DNA of 64,000 nucleotides from a virus. The notes under the pieces are model-generated. The model had not been told where the DNA came from, made no database searches, and saw only the letters and a list, made by a program, of their open reading frames with translations. Shown in pieces: positions 36,594 to 45,063 of the stretch; positions within the stretch are counted from its first letter, which is position 1, and each line of letters opens with the position of its first letter. The position numbers were made by a program, and so were the translations under genes. The stretch lies in the IMG/VR virus record IMGVR_UViG_3300008116_003012, positions 1-64,000 of that record; one strand, written 5' to 3'.

Positions 36594-37309
36594 AGTTTCT
36601 CCAATGCTACGGCATAACCGCTGTTTTCAAATACATACACTCCGTTTACTTTAGTAATATTATAGTTACCGAGATATTTACTTAAAAATAGAACTTCTGC
36701 CATGTCTTTACTTTCTAGCATGATTCTTCCCGGCAAACTTTCATATACTGCCTGTGTTGTTCCAAATCCTTTTATACGCATTCTTAACGGATCAGAATAC
36801 ATTTTTTGAAAAATTAAATCTTCGTTGTCTGCACTAACTGCTTCAATAAAACTACGATTAAAAAAATTACTAAAGTTGTTTAGTGAATTTTCTTTAATTG
36901 TTACTTCGTAATCTTGTTTGCTAGTAGGAATATTCTCTGAAAGAGTTTCTTCACTAACTGGTATACTAGTAAAACTCTTATAGTATCGAAATTTAAAATC
37001 GTCAATACCAGTTAGTCTTTGTACACCGCTTAAAATCTCCATGATTTGTTCAGGTACATGCTTGTTACGTTCCATTTCAACAAACACTTTATAACGGCCA
37101 TCCTTTAATTCACCCGGAGTTGAATCAGCGTCAAGTACAAATTCATATCCTCTTTCGATAAAGTTAACAAGATCAGTTGCTGGTTCGTGATCTTCTACAG
37201 TAAAGCTCAATACAACAACATCGTTATCAGAGCCCATCTTACTAGCATAACTGTCTATTTCAAAAATATTACTAACAAGATGTACTAGATCATTTGAATG
37301 TAACGCCAT
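36590..37309 (-). CDS. Conserved-looking hypothetical phage protein
   Basis: 239 aa, EIDSYASKMG. Confidence 0.75.
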   Translation of the reverse strand: MALHSNDLVHLVSNIFEIDSYASKMGSDNDVVVLSFTVEDHEPATDLVNFIERGYEFVLDADSTPGELKDGRYKVFVEMERNKHVPEQIMEILSGVQRLTGIDDFKFRYYKSFTSIPVSEETLSENIPTSKQDYEVTIKENSLNNFSNFFNRSFIEAVSADNEDLIFQKMYSDPLRMRIKGFGTTQAVYESLPGRIMLESKDMAEVLFLSKYLGNYNITKVNGVYVFENSGYAVALEKL

Positions 37310-37310
37310 G

Positions 37311-37889
37311 TTATGCTGCTCCTGGTGTTACAGCAGGTGCTGCTGCTGGTGCAGCCGCTGTTGGTGCTGCTGGTGCGGCAGCAGCCGCAGTATCAGCTGG
37401 CTCGCTTGGTGCTGCTTGTGTTCCTTCAGTACGGCCAATACCCATATTTTCTTTCATCTTTGACATATAACCATTATAAATGTCAGCCGCTAGCTTCTTA
37501 GGCATATTAATTTCTACAACCCATACTGGTTTTCTATCCAGTTTTCCTTTTTGTGTGTTTGGTCTCAAATCGTCATGTGTTTCTACTTTTCGAGGTTCTA
37601 CTAAAAAGGTCTTTTCATATTTGACTTTACATCCGTAATCTAATAGGCGTTTACCTCCCATCGGATTCGGCATTTTATCTTGGGGCCACATGAAACTAGC
37701 CTTGATCCAATGACGATCTATATGAGGACCACTACATAGTTCCCCATCTTCCCAGTTTTCGTAGACATACATATCCATCTCGTCCAACACTCTTTCAAAG
37801 TCTTTTAACACTGAAAGATTGCTGTTTGTGTTGTATATTGACTCTACGTTTTTGATAACTTCTAAAATATCTAGCATAATGACTTCCAC
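37311..37889 (-). CDS. Hypothetical late protein with Ala/Pro tail
   Basis: LKDFERVLDE.D.YVY.NW; TAAATA upstream. Confidence 0.75.
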   Translation of the reverse strand: MEVIMLDILEVIKNVESIYNTNSNLSVLKDFERVLDEMDMYVYENWEDGELCSGPHIDRHWIKASFMWPQDKMPNPMGGKRLLDYGCKVKYEKTFLVEPRKVETHDDLRPNTQKGKLDRKPVWVVEINMPKKLAADIYNGYMSKMKENMGIGRTEGTQAAPSEPADTAAAAAPAAPTAAAPAAAPAVTPGAA

Positions 37890-37965
37890 AATTGTTACAG
37901 TTATTTATCTAGCCTAAAATGATATCTTATGTTATTACTTTAGCCCAAAAGAACTAAGTAATAGT

Positions 37966-38008
37966 GTAGGACCTCTGTAGTTACTGGGCGGTCACTACAT
38001 TGTCCTAC
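37966..38008 (+). promoter_or_regulatory. Long stem-loop in the phoH 5' leader
   Basis: Nested stems GTAGGAC/GTCCTAC and TGTAGT/ACTACA. Confidence 0.5.
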
Positions 38009-38035
38009 TTTACTTTTAAAAAGTGGGAGAACTGA

Positions 38036-38755
38036 ATGAGTAAAAACCGCGTAAAAAAACGTTTTACTTCAAATGTCAATGTAATTGACTTTCAAAACTA
38101 TGCACCTCAAAAGAAGCATAAAGTAACACTATTGCCTCGCAATAAAAACCAAGAAACTTACCTACAAAAACTACAAGATGATAAAAAAAGCATTGTCTTT
38201 GCTATCGGCCCTGCTGGTACGGGTAAAACAATCATGGCTGTTATGCATGGCATTAAATTACTTCAAGAAGGCATTATTGAAAAAATTATAGTGACAAGAC
38301 CCGCCGTTTCCGTTGATGAAGATTTAGGATTCTTGCCAGGTACGCTTAATGAAAAGATGGCACCTTGGACAAGACCTATTTTTGATGTTTTAGGAGAATA
38401 CTATCAAACTAAAGAGATAGCAGCCATGCTAGAAGATGGAATTATCGAAATAAGCCCACTTGCATATATGCGCGGCCGTACGTTTAAAAATGCGTACATT
38501 ATTGCAGACGAAATGCAAAACGCCACGCAGAATCAAATGAAAATGTTATTAACCCGTCTTGGAGAAAATTCTAAGATGGTAGTTACAGGAGATTTAGCTC
38601 AAGCAGATAGATTAAAAGACAATGGTTTGATTGATTTTATTACTCGAGTCGAAGACAGGAGATATCAACATATTGATGTTGCTAGATTTGATCATAAAGA
38701 TATTGAACGACACAAAGCAGTTGCCGAAGTTTTAAAAATTTACGGCGATGAATAA
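38036..38755 (+). CDS. phoH: PhoH-family ATPase
   Basis: GPAGTGKT, LGFLPG, LAYMRGRTF, DEMQN, TGDLAQ. Confidence 0.96.
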   Translation: MSKNRVKKRFTSNVNVIDFQNYAPQKKHKVTLLPRNKNQETYLQKLQDDKKSIVFAIGPAGTGKTIMAVMHGIKLLQEGIIEKIIVTRPAVSVDEDLGFLPGTLNEKMAPWTRPIFDVLGEYYQTKEIAAMLEDGIIEISPLAYMRGRTFKNAYIIADEMQNATQNQMKMLLTRLGENSKMVVTGDLAQADRLKDNGLIDFITRVEDRRYQHIDVARFDHKDIERHKAVAEVLKIYGDE

Positions 38756-38762
38756 GAGATAA

Positions 38763-38787
38763 AAAAGGGCGCTTTATGCGCCCTTTT
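38763..38787. terminator. Bidirectional intrinsic terminator
   Basis: AAAAGGGCGC-tttat-GCGCCCTTTT between convergent genes. Confidence 0.85.
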
Positions 38788-39292
38788 GTATTTGTGTAAC
38801 TGTGATTCCTGATTTTTCTAGGAACTCTATTCCTGCGGTGTCTCTATAACTATTTCTATAATATACGCTAGATATGCCGCTTTGATATATAAGTTTGGCG
38901 CAATCCAAACAAGGAGCATGAGTAATAAAAATATCAGCATTACTGCCGCTTTGGCTTGAGCGGGCTAGCTTGGCAATGGCATTAGATTCGGCATGTAATA
39001 CCTCAGGTTTCGTTTTTAATCCGTAACGAACATTTCGTTGAGCACCTTCGTGCCATCCTTCGTAAGGATACTTAGCCTCAATCTCTTCAGGATCTAGCCA
39101 GCCACCTGCACCGTTATCCCATACCTTGTCTTCGCAAGTGTTGTCCCATCCAGCAGGCATACCATTGTAGCCGTAGCTAATAACTGAATCGTCTTTAACA
39201 ATCACAGCACCGACTTGTAGTCTAACGGCATGACTGAGATCTGATGCACGACTCGCCCAGTCCATATATAAATCTATATATTTTTGTTTCAT
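38774..39292 (-). CDS. dCMP deaminase
   Basis: VGAVIV, GYNG, HAESNA, PCLDC. Confidence 0.93.
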   Translation of the reverse strand: MKQKYIDLYMDWASRASDLSHAVRLQVGAVIVKDDSVISYGYNGMPAGWDNTCEDKVWDNGAGGWLDPEEIEAKYPYEGWHEGAQRNVRYGLKTKPEVLHAESNAIAKLARSSQSGSNADIFITHAPCLDCAKLIYQSGISSVYYRNSYRDTAGIEFLEKSGITVTQIQKGA

Positions 39293-40203
39293 ACGTTAGC
39301 AAGACGAATTAATGTAGCAGCCAAGTTAATTTCAGGATCAATAACCAATGTATGATCAACAAGACCTTGTTTAATAATCAACACAGCTTTGTCTTGGCTT
39401 GCTTCATCACCGAAGATTTCAATGTTATCATATAACCAACGATAAATTTCATCCATCTCTTCAGGGCGAGCCTGTCCGCAAACAAGTTTACGAGCCTCTT
39501 GAATCTTGCCCTTCTTAAACAGTTCAACCATTTCAATCTTATAGTCAGCACCGCCGCTGTCTCCTTTTTCAGGAGTATGAAGGGCACCTTCCATACTGTT
39601 CATCTGTACCATATTAATACACTTACGAAGATCTGGGTAAGTTGCTTTGACAAAGGTATCTAGAGTGTCAAGATCAAACTGTACGTTTTCTTCCATAAGG
39701 ATAGTTGCCATACGAGCAGTGAACTCTGTTTGATCAACTTTTGCAATGTGAAAGCCTTGGCAGCGACTGTGAATAGCTGGAATGATCTTGTTAGGATAGT
39801 TGCAAGTTAGGATGAACCTTGCAGTAGTATGATACTCCTCCATCACACCACGAAGTGCTGCCTGTGCGTTTGGACTCAAATAGTCTGCTTCGTCTAGAAG
39901 TACAACCTTGAAGTCTCCGAATGGAATCATCTGTACAAAGTTAACAATCTTATCACGAACATCATCAACTGAGTTAGTACGACTTGCGTTAATCTCTAAG
40001 ATGTCAAACTCTTGAACTTTGAGTTCGTTAAACAAAATCTTAGCAAGTGTAGTTTTGCCGATACCAGCATTACCGCTTAACAGCAAGTGAGGAATACTTC
40101 CGTCTTTAATCCATTGTTGGATCTGTGCTTTTTGATGTTCATCTCTAAATACATATCCTTCGACAGTTTTAGGACGATACTTTTCTACCCATAATTCTTT
40201 CAT
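39289..40203 (-). CDS. Clamp loader AAA+ subunit (gp44/RFC-like)
   Basis: LWVEKYRP, GNAGIGKT, LDEAD, SRC. Confidence 0.93.
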   Translation of the reverse strand: MKELWVEKYRPKTVEGYVFRDEHQKAQIQQWIKDGSIPHLLLSGNAGIGKTTLAKILFNELKVQEFDILEINASRTNSVDDVRDKIVNFVQMIPFGDFKVVLLDEADYLSPNAQAALRGVMEEYHTTARFILTCNYPNKIIPAIHSRCQGFHIAKVDQTEFTARMATILMEENVQFDLDTLDTFVKATYPDLRKCINMVQMNSMEGALHTPEKGDSGGADYKIEMVELFKKGKIQEARKLVCGQARPEEMDEIYRWLYDNIEIFGDEASQDKAVLIIKQGLVDHTLVIDPEINLAATLIRLANV

Positions 40204-40331
40204 TTTCATTTACCTTATAAAGTTCGTGTGTCTGCATAAATCCGACCCTATACACGCTGTATGTCACAGCTTCATGTAAGGTTAGAAATGTTTTACTTAC
40301 CAGTGTTCCGCCAGTTAAAAAATATCTAAGC

Positions 40332-40583
40332 TTATACAATTTCTTCAACAATGCCTAATATTTCTGCCATAATAAGGCAAACGCCTGCCATTAGAATATT
40401 GCCTGTAATTAAGCAACCTCCTGCAACAATTCGAATACCGCTTTTTACAAGGCTCACATAAAAGTGACCTTTACTTGTGTCTTTTGGTTGTATATTAATC
40501 ATAGGTGGATGGTGAGGACAACGTCCTTGGTTATAATCACAGTTTGCGCTGTATTGTTTATTGCAAGTTTTACAATGGTCCAT
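40332..40583 (-). CDS. Small Cys-containing membrane protein
   Basis: CxxC..C..CPH followed by a hydrophobic hairpin. Confidence 0.6.
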   Translation of the reverse strand: MDHCKTCNKQYSANCDYNQGRCPHHPPMINIQPKDTSKGHFYVSLVKSGIRIVAGGCLITGNILMAGVCLIMAEILGIVEEIV

Positions 40584-41016
40584 TATGAGCTTTCATCATT
40601 TTATTTGCTTCTGCTTCTACTACTCGGTGTCTTAATTCAGTTGTAGAAAAGCTGTGTTCTCGAGTGTTGAAATAAAACTTAATACCATGCTGTATGCATT
40701 CTGCCCTACCGGTAAAGTCTCTATCTTCATACTCTCCTCCTAGTATTCTAACATCAATAGGATAACTAAGCAAGATGTCAACTAGCTCTTTTTCGGTTGC
40801 ATATACTACAATTTCGTCAATATACTTACATGCTTGTAGTTGTGCAAAGCGTTCAAACACTGATTGTACAGGTTTGTTTTTTTCTTTTCTATCAATAGTC
40901 GGGTCAGTTTGCAATCCAACAATAAGATAATCACATTGAGTTTTTGCTTCTTTCAACATGATAACGTGTCCTGCATGAAACAAGTCAAAGGTTGAACAGG
41001 TAAAACCTACTGTCAT
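40570..41016 (-). CDS. TagD-like (glycerol-3-phosphate-type) cytidylyltransferase
   Basis: FDLFHAGH, LIVGLQTD, ER, R.HSFSTT. Confidence 0.88.
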   Translation of the reverse strand: MTVGFTCSTFDLFHAGHVIMLKEAKTQCDYLIVGLQTDPTIDRKEKNKPVQSVFERFAQLQACKYIDEIVVYATEKELVDILLSYPIDVRILGGEYEDRDFTGRAECIQHGIKFYFNTREHSFSTTELRHRVVEAEANKMMKAHNGPL

Positions 41017-41156
41017 TTGTTTAATTCTTTCTTCATTCTATCTCGCCACATTATTGCATCTTCTTCGTAATCAAAGTGAGGGCTTAACTCTAAGTCTTCG
41101 TTATGGTCTTCAACCCAGACCCAACAGTCGTTATACTCATCGTTAATTAATCTCAT
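41013..41156 (-). CDS. 47-aa hypothetical protein (absent from the ORF track)
   Basis: MRLINDEYNDCWVWVEDHNEDLELSPHFDYEEDAIMWRDRMKKELNK; TAATG and ATGA overlaps. Confidence 0.65.
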   Translation of the reverse strand: MRLINDEYNDCWVWVEDHNEDLELSPHFDYEEDAIMWRDRMKKELNK

Positions 41157-41404
41157 TAGTTGTCCTCTGGTAACATCTCATCAACAATAACATTCTCTCC
41201 AGGAAACGTTGTTAGGTGATATTCTGTTTGACCTATCATGTAGTACTCTGTAAAACTGTGCTGATTGTTAGTAGCCTTAAACGGTTCTGTCATTGCTAGC
41301 AGTAATAGAATATCATCTCGTTCTTTACCTTCTAACGTTTTAATAGGAGGACCCATAACTTTACGTATAAAGGCACGAGCTTCTTCTTTGGTCATTTCCT
41401 TCAT
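41156..41404 (-). CDS. Hypothetical protein, probably leaderless
   Basis: ATG lies immediately downstream of the -10 box. Confidence 0.65.
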   Translation of the reverse strand: MKEMTKEEARAFIRKVMGPPIKTLEGKERDDILLLLAMTEPFKATNNQHSFTEYYMIGQTEYHLTTFPGENVIVDEMLPEDN

Positions 41405-41409
41405 ATCTT

Positions 41410-41446
41410 ATTATAAAGGTAAAAAAAGGGTCTGTCAAGACCCTTT
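41410..41446 (-). terminator. Intrinsic terminator with the sigma70 -35 box in its loop
   Basis: AAAGGGTC-TTGACA-GACCCTTT followed by a U-tract; N17 to TATAAT. Confidence 0.8.
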
Positions 41447-41450
41447 GGCA

Positions 41451-41885
41451 TTACTTAGTACCAGTACTGCCCATACCACCACTGCCCCGGGCAGTATCAG
41501 ATAGTTCATCTGCTAGAATGAGTTGAACTTGAGGAACTGGAACGATCATTGCTTGTGCAATGCGCTCGCCTGCGGAAACATGCACAGCTGACGATCCGTC
41601 GTTGTGCATCTTAACCATTACTTCGCCGCGATAGTCACTGTCAATGACTCCAGTACCATTGGCTAAACGAATACCATTTTTAAAGCCGTGTCCACTTCGG
41701 CTGTAAACCATCATTACATAGCCTTCTGGGATTTCAAAAGCTAATCCTGTTCGAAGAGCAACGTGCTCGCGTCCAGGAGTGATTGTTACATCATTAACAC
41801 ACACTAGATCAAAACAGGCCGCGCCTGCGGTTGCGTACTGCGGCAATACCGCATTATCATTTAATTTCTTAACTCTAACTTGCAT
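41451..41885 (-). CDS. dut: Trimeric dUTPase
   Basis: AACFDL, SRSG, GVIDSDYRGEV, RIAQ, RGSGGMGSTG. Confidence 0.96.
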   Translation of the reverse strand: MQVRVKKLNDNAVLPQYATAGAACFDLVCVNDVTITPGREHVALRTGLAFEIPEGYVMMVYSRSGHGFKNGIRLANGTGVIDSDYRGEVMVKMHNDGSSAVHVSAGERIAQAMIVPVPQVQLILADELSDTARGSGGMGSTGTK

Positions 41886-42268
41886 TACATGAAGTCCTCT
41901 GGTCTGGATGTTATTGGTTTACTAGTGTCGTGTTCTTGTCCAATGTAAAAATCATTAGGCCTTTCGGCTGCGGTACACATGACGCTAATATTTTCTACTC
42001 GACGGATAAGAATTTCTTTACCATCTTCTCTCACAGTAACACCTCTAGTCCATCGACCGTGTTCTACAAGAATCCATTCGCCTACTTTAACATCTTTTTG
42101 TGTAGGGCCAACAGCCCAAACACGGCACCAACGAGGTTTAACTCCGTGTGCCTTGCCATCATCACTTTGAACAATGATTCCTGAAGCAGTCTTCATTTCA
42201 TCAAAGCTCATGTCAGTAACTAAGATATTATCGTTTAAAGGCCTAATTTTTCCTTCAACTATATTCAT
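41885..42268 (-). CDS. groES: GroES-like co-chaperonin
   Basis: IRPLNDNILV, TASGII, VWAVGP, VKVGEWIL. Confidence 0.85.
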   Translation of the reverse strand: MNIVEGKIRPLNDNILVTDMSFDEMKTASGIIVQSDDGKAHGVKPRWCRVWAVGPTQKDVKVGEWILVEHGRWTRGVTVREDGKEILIRRVENISVMCTAAERPNDFYIGQEHDTSKPITSRPEDFM

Positions 42269-42277
42269 TTATTCCTC

Positions 42278-42493
42278 TTATTGGTTTTCTTGACGACCAG
42301 TATAGTACTCAGAAACAATGTCTTCACGCTTTTTGACAATCTTGCCACCTGGGCCTAGTTCATCACCTCTAGCGTTCATACGAACATTTCCTACTGCTAA
42401 GGTCATTTCATTTTTTTGACGTAGTTGATCAATGTCAATTTCTCGTCCTTGCATACTTTTATGTACGACTTTTGCTTGCGGTTTCATTGCCAT
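42278..42493 (-). CDS. Hypothetical late protein
   Basis: 71 aa; AAGGAG RBS; TAAATA upstream. Confidence 0.7.
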   Translation of the reverse strand: MAMKPQAKVVHKSMQGREIDIDQLRQKNEMTLAVGNVRMNARGDELGPGGKIVKKREDIVSEYYTGRQENQ

Positions 42494-42520
42494 GATAGCA
42501 TCTCCTTTATGTGCGTATAT

Positions 42521-43024
42521 TTATCTTAAAAATTCCTGCCAATCTAAGTTATATTTTATGCTATCTATTTTATGAACACCTAGTAAAAATAAAACATAAC
42601 TGGCAACACTACTTCCTCTGCCGACACCCCAGACAATATTATTTTGTCTTAATGTGTCTACCAAATATTTAAGAGATTGTAGTAACGGCAACATATTTCT
42701 TGCTCGAAACTCTTGTAACTCATCTATAAGACGTTGATAATTTTCTTTAGGGCATTCATTTACAAGAAACCCTTCAATATCCATATTTTTATACTCGTCA
42801 GGAACTAACCAATCTGACTGCATTGCAGAATCAAAATCTTTGATCGAAATGTCATAAATGGTAGGATCGAGCTTTTTTAAAGTTGTGTTTGTAGAATCCT
42901 CAAACTTTTTAATGTCATCTGAAGGTTCTACAAATATATTGTTGAAATCTAATTGACCCTTGTAGAAAAGATCAAGCAAATCTTTAGATTGATAAATTAC
43001 ATTGCCAAATTTGTCGTAGATCAT
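42521..43024 (-). CDS. DNA polymerase III alpha (DnaE)-like fragment
   Basis: RL..EL..F, WGVGRGSSVASYVLFLLGVH.ID.IKY.L...FL; ends before the catalytic PDxD. Confidence 0.8.
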   Translation of the reverse strand: MIYDKFGNVIYQSKDLLDLFYKGQLDFNNIFVEPSDDIKKFEDSTNTTLKKLDPTIYDISIKDFDSAMQSDWLVPDEYKNMDIEGFLVNECPKENYQRLIDELQEFRARNMLPLLQSLKYLVDTLRQNNIVWGVGRGSSVASYVLFLLGVHKIDSIKYNLDWQEFLR

Positions 43025-43033
43025 TCATTGATT

Positions 43034-43267
43034 TTAACTGACTTTAATAAGTTTGTCAAGATCTTTATCACGCTTTTGGTACTGTTGCTCAATTGCTTTT
43101 GCCCTACGAGCAGATAACTCAGTTCGATATATATCGATAAAAATAGCTATCTGCTGTTTAACGGCAGGATTATGAGTTTGAAAATATTTTTTGCTGAGGT
43201 CTTGAAGTCTAGTTTCAATCTCAGCGTCTTTAAGTTTGCTGTAATCCTCAGCTAAAGGGTGCATCAT
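43034..43267 (-). CDS. Hypothetical coiled-coil protein
   Basis: 77-aa ORF. Confidence 0.7.
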   Translation of the reverse strand: MMHPLAEDYSKLKDAEIETRLQDLSKKYFQTHNPAVKQQIAIFIDIYRTELSARRAKAIEQQYQKRDKDLDKLIKVS

Positions 43268-45063
43268 GCGAAGGTTGCTCCGTTGTTACCAATGCAGTAC
43301 CATTTGCTGTTTATGTAATGCAAAGTACACGCTTGTCCAATTGTATCAAATGTAACAGTTCCGGAACCGCTAGCTTTCCATCCAGCATTAGCTACAGTAA
43401 TAACCATATCGCCGTTGTCAGCTGCCATAGCAAATACTTTAACTTGTCCTGGTGAACCTGCAGCAAGCGTTGCAGTTTCAGCAGCACCTGTTGAAAAATA
43501 AGATGTACTTAATATAGCACTTGCTTCTGCTGCATTTGCTAAGTCTTCACTACCAGTATAGAAACCGTCCTTAATAACTGCAATAGGAACATTTTGACCT
43601 AGAGGGAACGGTCCAGCACCTTCAGTTCCTGGTCCTCCGTATATGTATAACGGAGTAGGTGTATCTTTAGTTATTTCAATTTCAATATAACTTCCCACAG
43701 TACCTTCAGTTCCTGATGTTCTAACATTAGTAGTATAAGGTTGTGTTCCAGCAGCGTCAGTTGAAAACTTTAATGTAGACTGTGCATTTAGCGGATTATC
43801 TAAATTAAATCTGTATATATTGCCTACATGGAAGGTTAGTAACCCTTCTTCAATGACAGTGCCATCTATTTCATATCCGTCATTTCCGTCAAAGTTAGGA
43901 GGTAAGTCAACAGCATAAACATAGATGTTAGGATCGGACTCATTCCTCCAAGCTTGAGAAATAGGATTATATCTTACAACATCTCCTACCGCAGGTGTTG
44001 CAATAGAAACATTTTTTAATTCGCCTAATTCTAATTTGATATTAACCCAGTTAGTTCCATCGTATTTTAATACTTGAGCAGTATTAAGTGTATTAAGTGG
44101 ATCACCGCCGATAACTACATCACTTAAATCATTTATTGGAAGTGCTCCTGAAATCCAGTTAGTTCCGTCATACTTTAACAAATTACCAGTAACAGCTAAA
44201 CTAACATTAACATTAGGAATATCGTCAAGAGCAGAAATAGTAGGATCGTTTGCAAATGACCATTTAGTTCCATTCCATTTTAGAATATCACCGTTAGTTA
44301 AACTGCCAGCAGTATAATCAGTGACATCGCCTACATTTTCTAAACTGGCAATTGCACCTACAGTAACAGTTCCGTTAACCCATTTAGTTCCGTCGTATTT
44401 TAATACTTGGTTAGTTGTTAGTGATGTAAGTGTAACATCTGACAAAGTATCTAAGTCTAGTGATGTATCAAAACCGCCAACAGATCCAACAAAGAAATTT
44501 TGTCCGTCAGTTGTCCATACTTCAACAACAGTACTTAAAGTAGGATTGTTTCCGATATTAATTGCAGGATTTTCTCCTACTTGAGTAAATCCCACAGTTC
44601 CGATTACTGAACCTCCGTTACCTGATATAAAACTTACAATATATCCTATAGATGGAACTCCTACGTTAGGTTTAAGTTCAATTCTAATTTTTGAATATTT
44701 TCCGTCAGTTGGATTTCCAGCAGGGAATTCTAATAGTCTTAGAGAATGATTTCCGCCTACAATAAATTTTTGGTATTCTCCATTTTCGTATACTACAGAT
44801 GTAACACCTGTAGTCGGACTTGTGCTTGAATAAACTGTACCGTAAAGTCTATTAGTTTGTGCGTTATCAATTAATGTGCCGTTAAAGTTGTTTGCAACAT
44901 TTAATCTTGCAGAATTGGTTTGAAGATCAGTAACTTCACTAGTTGCTGTAGCTAGTGCTGTTTTAATAATTGCAAAATTATCTCTGAATCCTTGGCTGTC
45001 ATTATCTTGCCCAGCAACTGGAAAATTTTCGTCGATGGTCGTTGATACAATTTGGCTTGTCAT
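43264..45063 (-). CDS. Tail/baseplate fibre-like structural protein with LxxLxDV...LKYDGTxW repeats
   Basis: N-terminal FPVAGQDNDSQGFRDNF; about five 35-40-aa repeats. Confidence 0.7.
   Translation of the reverse strand: MTSQIVSTTIDENFPVAGQDNDSQGFRDNFAIIKTALATATSEVTDLQTNSARLNVANNFNGTLIDNAQTNRLYGTVYSSTSPTTGVTSVVYENGEYQKFIVGGNHSLRLLEFPAGNPTDGKYSKIRIELKPNVGVPSIGYIVSFISGNGGSVIGTVGFTQVGENPAINIGNNPTLSTVVEVWTTDGQNFFVGSVGGFDTSLDLDTLSDVTLTSLTTNQVLKYDGTKWVNGTVTVGAIASLENVGDVTDYTAGSLTNGDILKWNGTKWSFANDPTISALDDIPNVNVSLAVTGNLLKYDGTNWISGALPINDLSDVVIGGDPLNTLNTAQVLKYDGTNWVNIKLELGELKNVSIATPAVGDVVRYNPISQAWRNESDPNIYVYAVDLPPNFDGNDGYEIDGTVIEEGLLTFHVGNIYRFNLDNPLNAQSTLKFSTDAAGTQPYTTNVRTSGTEGTVGSYIEIEITKDTPTPLYIYGGPGTEGAGPFPLGQNVPIAVIKDGFYTGSEDLANAAEASAILSTSYFSTGAAETATLAAGSPGQVKVFAMAADNGDMVITVANAGWKASGSGTVTFDTIGQACTLHYINSKWYCIGNNGATFA

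Noticed and set aside
40169-40351. 60-aa ORF between the clamp loader and the 40332 gene
   Set aside because: Could be a real small gene, but the start is uncertain, it overlaps both neighbours and it has no recognisable motif.
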